DNA of 64,000 bases from an uncultured Spirochaetota bacterium (GTDB lineage: Bacteria > Spirochaetota > Spirochaetia > SZUA-6 > Fen-1364). The stretch is taken from positions 192,001 to 256,000 of the forward strand of contig CAWJSK010000015.1 in the NCBI GenBank assembly GCA_963845535.1, given 5' to 3'. Below, piece by piece: positions 57,435 to 64,000 of the stretch; the first letter of the stretch is position 1; every line of letters begins with the position of its first letter. Made by a program: the position numbers and the translations under genes. The notes below the pieces were generated by a model that made no database searches, had not been told where the DNA came from, and saw only the letters and a list, made by a program, of their open reading frames with translations.

Positions 57435-58385
57435 ATGAAGAAGCAGGCCTTCGAGCAGAAATCCGAGAAGATCCGCCAGGCGTTCCTGGATCTGAAGAAG
57501 AAGCACCCTGAGAAGCTCTCGCGAAGGCTCGCCCTTTCCTGGAGCAACTGGGGCTTCGGCATCGAGCCGCTCGCCGCATCGGCGGCACGGCTCTCGCGGG
57601 CAGGCATAACGTTCATCGAGCTGCACGGGAACCACTACGGTCCGTCGCTGGGGTACAGGCCGTCCGAGACCCTGAAAGTTCTGCGGGATCACGGGATTTC
57701 AGTTGGTGGGATCTGCGGCATGTTCTCCGAGGACAACGACCTGTCCAGCAACCGGGCCGCGCAGCGGCAGGCTGCCATCGACTACCTGGAACGCGAGGTG
57801 CCGTTTGCGGCCGAGGTGGGCGCCAGCTACATCCTCGTGGTGCCCGGAGCGGTTGGCAGGCCTCATGCGTACGATTCCTCCGAGCTGGCGCGAAGCGTGG
57901 AAACGCTCCGCCTGGTCGCGGACCTGTTCGTGAAGCATAAAGTCAAGGCAGCCATCGAGCCCATCAGGTCCGCGGAGGTGAGCTTTGTCCACTCGGTCGC
58001 GGACGCAAAGGCGTACATAGCGGCTGTGAGTCATCCTGGGGTGAAGCACATCAACGGTGACGTCTATCACATGCAGGCGGAGGAGAGCCATATCGGGGAG
58101 GCCATCGTGGACGCCGCAGAGATGCTGGTGAATCTCCACCTGGCGGACTCCAACCGCGCCGCCTTGGGGCTCGGTTCCATCGACTTGGACACCATCATCC
58201 GCGCTCTGTACCTGATCGGGTTCAACGAGGATGGCCGGTTCGTCACTCCCGAGCCCCTGGGGCCGGGGGGAGATCCGTATCCCGCGATGTACGGGAATCC
58301 TGATCCTCGAGCGCTGGATGAGCTTGTTTTTCAGACTGCCCGCTATTTCCGCGAACGGGAAAACGAAGTGCTGGCGGACGCTTAA
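57435..58385 (+). CDS. Ketose 3-epimerase-like (D-psicose/D-tagatose 3-epimerase family) TIM-barrel protein
   Basis: Metal/catalytic motifs 'IEPIRSAE', 'DVYHM..EE', 'HLADSNR', 'PEP'. Confidence 0.82.
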   Translation: MKKQAFEQKSEKIRQAFLDLKKKHPEKLSRRLALSWSNWGFGIEPLAASAARLSRAGITFIELHGNHYGPSLGYRPSETLKVLRDHGISVGGICGMFSEDNDLSSNRAAQRQAAIDYLEREVPFAAEVGASYILVVPGAVGRPHAYDSSELARSVETLRLVADLFVKHKVKAAIEPIRSAEVSFVHSVADAKAYIAAVSHPGVKHINGDVYHMQAEESHIGEAIVDAAEMLVNLHLADSNRAALGLGSIDLDTIIRALYLIGFNEDGRFVTPEPLGPGGDPYPAMYGNPDPRALDELVFQTARYFRERENEVLADA

Positions 58386-58446
58386 GCGAGGTCATGGCCA
58401 GGGAGCCGGCGTAAGCCGCAGCGGCGCAGAGACCAAACGGCGTCCC

Positions 58447-59871
58447 TTACTTGAAGACTGTGCCCGCGATTGCCTGGGTCCACGCAGTTATCGGCCCCGG
58501 GAAAACTCCCATGCCTACGGTGACCAGGACGGAAACCGCCATGATGGCCTTGTGGGCAAGGGGAACGCGCAGGCGCGATTCGTCCTCCGATTTTTCCATG
58601 ACGAGCCTTTTGATGACCAGGAGGTAATAGGAGATCGACACGACGCTCATGACCAGAGCGACCGCCGCGAGCCACAACCTGCCCTGCTTCGCGACCTCCG
58701 CAAGGAGGTAGAGCTTTCCCATAAAGCCTGCAGCGGGCGGTATACCCGCAAGGGAGAGGAGGCATACGAGCAGGCTTGCCGCCATGAACGGCGAGCGCTT
58801 CCACATGCCCTTGAGAGACGCAATCTCGTCCGTGCCTCCGGCCTCGCCAAAGGCGGAGATGGCAGCAAAGATCCCGACGTTGGCGAAAAGATAGACAATT
58901 ATATAGAAGAGAAGCGCTCCAATCCCGGCCCGTGAAAATGCAACGAGGCCCAGGAGCATGTAGCCGGCATGCGCAATGCTGGAGTACGCAAGAAGCCGTT
59001 TCATGCTCGTCTGGGCCAGGGCAATGAGGTTCCCGACCACCATGGAGAGCACCGAGAGGGAGATGACAAGGAGCGGGAAGCCGGGGCCGCTTGACGGAAG
59101 GGCGAACAGGAGGAGCCGGATAAGGGCGGCAAAGCCCGCAGCCTTGGAGCCTACTGCCAGGAAAGCGGCCACGGAGGCGGGGGCGCCCTGGTAGATGTCC
59201 GGCGACCACATGTGGAAGGGCACAGCCGCGATTTTGAAGGAGAATCCCGCAAGAACCATGATCGCGCCGATCACCACAAGGGGATCAGCGGCATTCGCGG
59301 CAAGAGCCGGCATCACCTCCGAGTAGGTAAGGCTCCCGGCAGAGCCGAAGAGGAGACTCAGTCCGAAAAGGAGCACCGCGGAAGAGATGGCGCTCAGGAG
59401 GAGATATTTCGCTCCCGCCTCCGTCGATTTGCCGCTTGCCTTGTCAAAGGCCGTGAGGACAACCAGGGGCAGCGTCATGAGCTCCAGCCCGATATAGAGG
59501 CTCAGGAAGTCGTTCGAGGAACCCAGCATCATCATCCCGACAAGGGCGAAGGCGAGGAGCGCGAAGAACTCACTGCGGAACTCCATGAGGCTGGAGGTGA
59601 ACCGCAGCGACATCAGGGACACGAGGAACGCCGCGGCAATGAATACCTGCTTGAAGAAGAGCGACAGTGAGTCGTTGAGGTAGCGCCCGCCGGAGAACGA
59701 GGCGCCCTGGCCAGGCGCGAGGAAGGTCAGCGCCAGCAAGCCCAGGAACGCAAGCGCCGCCAGAGAGCCCGTCATGTCCCGCCTGCCCCGGGGGATGAGC
59801 AGACCGAAGGCAAGGAGTCCGAGCGCAATCAGGGCCGCAACCATCTCGATGCGTATGGCTGAAAAGTCCAT
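58447..59871 (-). CDS. nuoN: NADH-quinone oxidoreductase subunit N
   Basis: 'EAGAKY', 'FKIAAVPFHMWSPDIYQGAP', 'KRLLAYSSIAHAGY'. Confidence 0.93.
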   Translation of the reverse strand: MDFSAIRIEMVAALIALGLLAFGLLIPRGRRDMTGSLAALAFLGLLALTFLAPGQGASFSGGRYLNDSLSLFFKQVFIAAAFLVSLMSLRFTSSLMEFRSEFFALLAFALVGMMMLGSSNDFLSLYIGLELMTLPLVVLTAFDKASGKSTEAGAKYLLLSAISSAVLLFGLSLLFGSAGSLTYSEVMPALAANAADPLVVIGAIMVLAGFSFKIAAVPFHMWSPDIYQGAPASVAAFLAVGSKAAGFAALIRLLLFALPSSGPGFPLLVISLSVLSMVVGNLIALAQTSMKRLLAYSSIAHAGYMLLGLVAFSRAGIGALLFYIIVYLFANVGIFAAISAFGEAGGTDEIASLKGMWKRSPFMAASLLVCLLSLAGIPPAAGFMGKLYLLAEVAKQGRLWLAAVALVMSVVSISYYLLVIKRLVMEKSEDESRLRVPLAHKAIMAVSVLVTVGMGVFPGPITAWTQAIAGTVFK

Positions 59872-61379
59872 CAGTACGCTCCTCCGACCTGGACGGCCGC
59901 CACGCGCTGCGCGAAGGGGAGGATGCCGCCGGTGATCATGTCCATAATCGCCCGCGGGTAGAGGCCGAAACCGATCAGGACGGCCGCCAGCACGACGATG
60001 GGCACCAACTCCACGCCGCGGGCATCCTTGAGATGGTCCCACTTCGGGTTGCGCGGACCGAAGAACATGCGCTGGAACACCCAGAGGACGTAGATCGCGG
60101 TCAGGACAACGGCAAAGATCGAGATGACCGTGGTGACGGGGAACGCCTGGATTCCCCCGGAGAATACGGTGAACTCGGCAACAAAGTTGAACATGCCGGG
60201 GAGGCCCAGGGAGGCGAGTCCCGCAATCAGGAAAGCGGCGGCCACCCTGGGCATCTGGTGCGCAAGCCCTCCGAAATCATCGATGACGCGGGTATGGGCC
60301 TTGTCATAGACGAGGCCGACAATGGCGAAGAAGAGGGCCGCCATGATTCCGTGGGCGAACATCTGCGCCACCGCCCCGTCAATGGAAGCGGAGGTCAGGG
60401 AAGCGATCCCGATAAGGACAAAGCCCATGTGGCTGATGGACGAGTTGGCGACCACGAACTTCAGGTCTTTCTGCACCATTGCCACAAACGCGATGTACAC
60501 GGCGTTCACCGCGGCAAGCACGGCGATGGTGGGGGCCCAGAAAGCCGCGCCCTCGGGGAAAAGCCCGATGCCGACGCGTATCAGGGCGTAGCCGCCGAGC
60601 TTCATGATGACCCCGGCAAGAAGCATCGAGATGGCCGTGGGCGCGGCGGAGTGGCCGTCCGGGGTCCAGCGATGGAGCGGGAAGAGTGGCACGAGCACGC
60701 CGAAGCCCGCCAGCAGGAGAAAGAACACGAGCTTCTGGAAGCCTGCGTCGAAATGGATTGCCGAGAGTGAAGCCAGATCAAAGGTCCAAGCGCCCACGCC
60801 ATGCGCTGGATTGTGCGCGTAGGCGTAGATGGCAAGAATGGCGATGAGGGCCAGCGCCGAACCGGACAGGAGATACATCGTATACTTCATTGCCGCGTAT
60901 TCTTTTCGCGTGCTCCCCCAGACGCTGATGAGGATGTACTTCGGGATCACCGCTATCTCGATGAACATGAAGAGAACGAGAAGATCCATGGACAGGAAGA
61001 CGCCGAACACCCCGCCGACAAGGACAAGAGTGTAGATGAAGAACTCCTGGGACCGGGTCTCAAGGCGCCAGGTCACAAAGACGCCGGCAAACAGGATGAT
61101 GGAAGTCAAGAGGACGAGCGGGAGGCTCAGGCCGTCCGCGCCGAAATCGAGATGGATGCCGAGACTTTCCACCCAGGTGATGCGTTCGACGAACTGCATG
61201 CCGCCGACGCCACGGTCGTACAGGATCATGGCGGCCAGTGTCAGGCCGAGGGAAAGGATGGAAGCGAGAAGCGCAATGGAGCGAATCACGCCCCGGCGTC
61301 CCTCCGGCACGAACAGGAGAAGAAAGGCGCCGACGAACGGGGAAAGGATGATTGCCGGGAGCAGATGGATCTGGTTCAA
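59871..61379 (-). CDS. nuoM: NADH-quinone oxidoreductase subunit M
   Basis: 'DGLSLPL', 'PLHRWTPDGHSAAPT', 'MKLGGY', 'SSISHMG', 'ASLGLPG...FVAE'. Confidence 0.93.
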   Translation of the reverse strand: MNQIHLLPAIILSPFVGAFLLLFVPEGRRGVIRSIALLASILSLGLTLAAMILYDRGVGGMQFVERITWVESLGIHLDFGADGLSLPLVLLTSIILFAGVFVTWRLETRSQEFFIYTLVLVGGVFGVFLSMDLLVLFMFIEIAVIPKYILISVWGSTRKEYAAMKYTMYLLSGSALALIAILAIYAYAHNPAHGVGAWTFDLASLSAIHFDAGFQKLVFFLLLAGFGVLVPLFPLHRWTPDGHSAAPTAISMLLAGVIMKLGGYALIRVGIGLFPEGAAFWAPTIAVLAAVNAVYIAFVAMVQKDLKFVVANSSISHMGFVLIGIASLTSASIDGAVAQMFAHGIMAALFFAIVGLVYDKAHTRVIDDFGGLAHQMPRVAAAFLIAGLASLGLPGMFNFVAEFTVFSGGIQAFPVTTVISIFAVVLTAIYVLWVFQRMFFGPRNPKWDHLKDARGVELVPIVVLAAVLIGFGLYPRAIMDMITGGILPFAQRVAAVQVGGAY

Positions 61380-63319
61380 TTGAGAATACCTCCCAGCACA
61401 CCGGTGGAGATCACAACCACGGCGATGACGATGGCAGCGAAGATGATCAGGGCGTAGGCTTGCAGCTTGCCGGACTCCGTCAGGCGCAGCTTTCTGCCGG
61501 CCGCTCTTGTGGCGGCGCCGGTTCCGTCAAAAAAGCCGTCGATGATTTTGTGGTCAATCCAATCGAAGACGACTCCCACAACGAGCATGACCTTCGAAAA
61601 AATCCAGCCGTAAATCTCATCGATAAAGAACTTCCTCTGGAGAAGCCGGTAAACGGGCCCGAAAGCCACGGCAAGCCGCTCCGCCTTGATGAATCTGCGC
61701 CCGTAGACGACCCAGGCCAGGAAGATGCCGCCGGCGGCCATGGCAGTGGAGATTGTTGCCGTGAGGAGGTCCAGCCGGGAGGCTTCCGGCTCTCCGAAGA
61801 AGATGAAGGAACCGAAGGAGAAGCCGAACGCGCCCTTGAACCAGGGAGAGCCCGTCAGGCCTGCCACGATTGTGAGAGCTGCAAGAATCAGAAGGGGAAC
61901 CGTCATTGCGGGGCCGGACTCATGAGCATGTAATCCGTCAGCGGTCTTGCCGCCGAAAGCAGTGAAAATGAGCCGGAACATGTAGAACGCTGTCATGAAG
62001 GCAACACCGAGACCGAGGGCATAGAGCCCGATGTGCCCCGAGGCGAGCGATGCAAGAAGGATCTCGTCCTTGCTCCAGAAGCCGGCAAGCGGGAACACCC
62101 CGGAAAGCGCAAGGGCCCCGATGACGAACGTCACGGCGGTGATCTTCATCTTCCCGCCGAGCCCGCCCATCTTGAAGATGTCCTGCTCTCCCGTGGCGTG
62201 GATGACGCTCCCTGCCCCCAGGAAGAGGAGGGCCTTGAAAAATGCGTGGGTGGTCAGGTGGAACATGCCCGCGCTCATGCTGCCCACGCCGAGTGCCATG
62301 AACATGTAGCCCAACTGGCTGAGCGTGGAGTAGGCCAGGATGCGCTTGATGTCCTTCTGCACGAGCGCGATTGATGCGGCAAAGAACGCGGTGAAGCCGC
62401 CGACGTACGCCATGGTCTCCATCACCGCAGGCACGTTTGCAAACAGCACGAAGCCGCGCGCAATGAGGTACACGCCTGCGGCCACCATGGTGGCCGCGTG
62501 GATCAGCGCGCTCACCGGGGTGGGGCCCTCCATAGCGTCGGGAAGCCACACGTGGAAGGGGAACTGCGCGGATTTGCCAAGAGGGCCAACAAAGATGAGG
62601 CCGGCAATCAACGCGAGCACGGCGCTGCCCCGAGCGCCGGAGATGGCGGTGGAAAGCTGGCCAAAATCAAAGGTGCCGAAGACGGAGAACAGGAGAAGGA
62701 TGCCGGTCATGAAGCCGAAGTCCGCCCATCGATTGGTCACGAAGGCCTTCCTGCTGGCGTCCGCGGCGGACGGCTTCTCGAACCAGAACCCAATGAGAAG
62801 GTAGGAGGAGAGGCCGACCAGCTCCCAGAAAACGAACGTCTGGAAGTAGTTGTCCGCCACCACGAGGCCCAGCATGGAGAAGGCGAAAAGAGAAAGGTAG
62901 GCGAAGTAGCGTGAGAAGCCGGGGTCACCCTTCATGTAGCCGAGGGAGTAGACGGTGACGAGGAAGGCGACAAGGCTCACAATGACGCACATCGTGGCGG
63001 AGAGCGGGTCCACGAGGACCCCCATGGCCAGCTCGAGGCCGCGGAAACGACCCACGGAGGGAATGGAAAGCCACGGGATGGAGGCGTGGGCTCCCGAGAA
63101 GGCGCCCGGAAGGGCTCCCGTAGTTGCAGCTCCCGCTGTTGCGGCTCCCCCGATCACCCCGGCGAGGTTTCCAACAGACAACGCCAGAGACGCCCCGCCT
63201 GCCAGGATGGCAATGAGGGCGCTCAGCGTCGGGGCTTTCCGTGTCACGAAGGCGATAAGCACGAATGCCGCAAACGGTGCCGCCACAAGGGCGATTGCCG
63301 AAGGTATCATGATCATCAC
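61376..63319 (-). CDS. nuoL: NADH-quinone oxidoreductase subunit L
   Basis: '[15 protein letters not shown]', '[31 protein letters not shown]', '[11 protein letters not shown]'. Confidence 0.95.
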   Translation of the reverse strand: MMIMIPSAIALVAAPFAAFVLIAFVTRKAPTLSALIAILAGGASLALSVGNLAGVIGGAATAGAATTGALPGAFSGAHASIPWLSIPSVGRFRGLELAMGVLVDPLSATMCVIVSLVAFLVTVYSLGYMKGDPGFSRYFAYLSLFAFSMLGLVVADNYFQTFVFWELVGLSSYLLIGFWFEKPSAADASRKAFVTNRWADFGFMTGILLLFSVFGTFDFGQLSTAISGARGSAVLALIAGLIFVGPLGKSAQFPFHVWLPDAMEGPTPVSALIHAATMVAAGVYLIARGFVLFANVPAVMETMAYVGGFTAFFAASIALVQKDIKRILAYSTLSQLGYMFMALGVGSMSAGMFHLTTHAFFKALLFLGAGSVIHATGEQDIFKMGGLGGKMKITAVTFVIGALALSGVFPLAGFWSKDEILLASLASGHIGLYALGLGVAFMTAFYMFRLIFTAFGGKTADGLHAHESGPAMTVPLLILAALTIVAGLTGSPWFKGAFGFSFGSFIFFGEPEASRLDLLTATISTAMAAGGIFLAWVVYGRRFIKAERLAVAFGPVYRLLQRKFFIDEIYGWIFSKVMLVVGVVFDWIDHKIIDGFFDGTGAATRAAGRKLRLTESGKLQAYALIIFAAIVIAVVVISTGVLGGILN

Positions 63320-63624
63320 CCCTTGAGCGCGTCCAGGTCGTCCACGGTGGTGCTCGCGCGGCGACGGTACAGGGTCAGGATGATCGCGAGCCCCACGGCC
63401 ACTTCAGCCGCTGCCACCGCGATGATGAAGATGGCGAATGCCTGCCCCAGGGGAGCCGAATGGGCCCCGAACCGGTCGAAGGCCACCAAGTTCAGGTTCA
63501 CGGCGTTGAGCATGAGCTCGACGCCCATGAGGACGGCAATCGCGTTGCGTTTCGCCACGGCTCCAAGAAAGCCGATGCAGAAAAGCAGCGCGGAGAGTAT
63601 GAGATACTGGCTCAAACCAATCAT
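63316..63624 (-). CDS. nuoK: NADH-quinone oxidoreductase subunit K
   Basis: '[12 protein letters not shown]' and '[11 protein letters not shown]'. Confidence 0.95.
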   Translation of the reverse strand: MIGLSQYLILSALLFCIGFLGAVAKRNAIAVLMGVELMLNAVNLNLVAFDRFGAHSAPLGQAFAIFIIAVAAAEVAVGLAIILTLYRRRASTTVDDLDALKG

Positions 63625-64000
63625 GATGATTTTTTCGTTCCCTTTCCGATTGCGATGGCCCCGGTCAGTGCGGCCAGAAGAATGAGGCCCGAGGCTTCAA
63701 GCGGCAGCGCCATGTCGCCAAGGAGGAGGCCGGAGATCGAGACCGCGCTGCCGGATGCGGCAGTTGCCGCGAGGGCGTGTCCGCGCTGGGAGCGGACGTT
63801 TGCGCGGCAACTGCGTGGGAGACCACGATGGCGCGCGCCAGCAGGGCGAAAAGCCCGACCCCGATGAGGACCGCCAGGAAGCCATAGCGGTTGAACCGGT
63901 TCGTGTCTTCCATGCGCGCGCGCTTGGTAAGCATGATGCCGAAAACAAACAGCACCGAGATCGCCCCGACATAGACCAGGATCTGGACCACCGCGACGTA
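63621..64000 (-). CDS. nuoJ: NADH-quinone oxidoreductase subunit J, 5'-truncated by window edge, with an apparent frameshift at about 63760-63820
   Basis: '[17 protein letters not shown]' in one frame; last helix '[29 protein letters not shown]' in the -1 frame, ending in an ATGA overlap with nuoK. Confidence 0.85.
   Translation of the reverse strand, partial: RRGGPDPGLCRGDLGAVCFRHHAYQARAHGRHEPVQPLWLPGGPHRGRAFRPAGARHRGLPRSCRANVRSQRGHALAATAASGSAVSISGLLLGDMALPLEASGLILLAALTGAIAIGKGTKKSS

Noticed and set aside
52187..57588. 870-aa and 751-aa minus-strand ORFs
   Set aside because: Antisense to well-supported LacI/ABC/cupin genes; no domain signal.

Overview
GC-rich chromosomal segment, probably from a free-living Spirochaetota bacterium (inferred from spirochete-style 'FAGG.KE' binding-protein signal peptides and spirochete-like hypothetical proteins). 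No rRNA, tRNA, CRISPR array or transposase was recognised. In order, the window holds: the end of a phosphonate ABC operon (phnD/C/E/E) with GNAT genes; a NitT/TauT ABC transporter; a CheB-CheR-PAS / histidine kinase / NarL module; a truncated RND gene; a GH148-like glycoside hydrolase; a dense signalling block (GHKL-like proteins, HDOD, RsbU_N-histidine kinase, OmpR regulator, sugar-sensing hybrid kinase); an orphan ParB-domain gene; three sugar ABC systems; PilZ, ankyrin, STAS, YodC and ACT genes; a TetR-RND-TolC efflux operon; and nuoJKLMN. The best candidate for an undescribed system is 38.9-49.6 kb. There, an AraC regulator whose sensor domain is a clear paralogue of the operon's own binding protein heads a sugar ABC transporter, an L-rhamnose-mutarotase-family gene and three divergent URO-D/MtaA-family enzymes, with no kinase, isomerase, aldolase or corrinoid protein. 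Other notable signals are a frameshift in nuoJ that coincides with a strong hairpin, a structured leader/terminator upstream of a yodC gene, an RND pump lacking canonical proton-relay residues, and recurrent 13-18 bp tandem micro-duplications. All family assignments come from motif recognition by eye; no searches were run.
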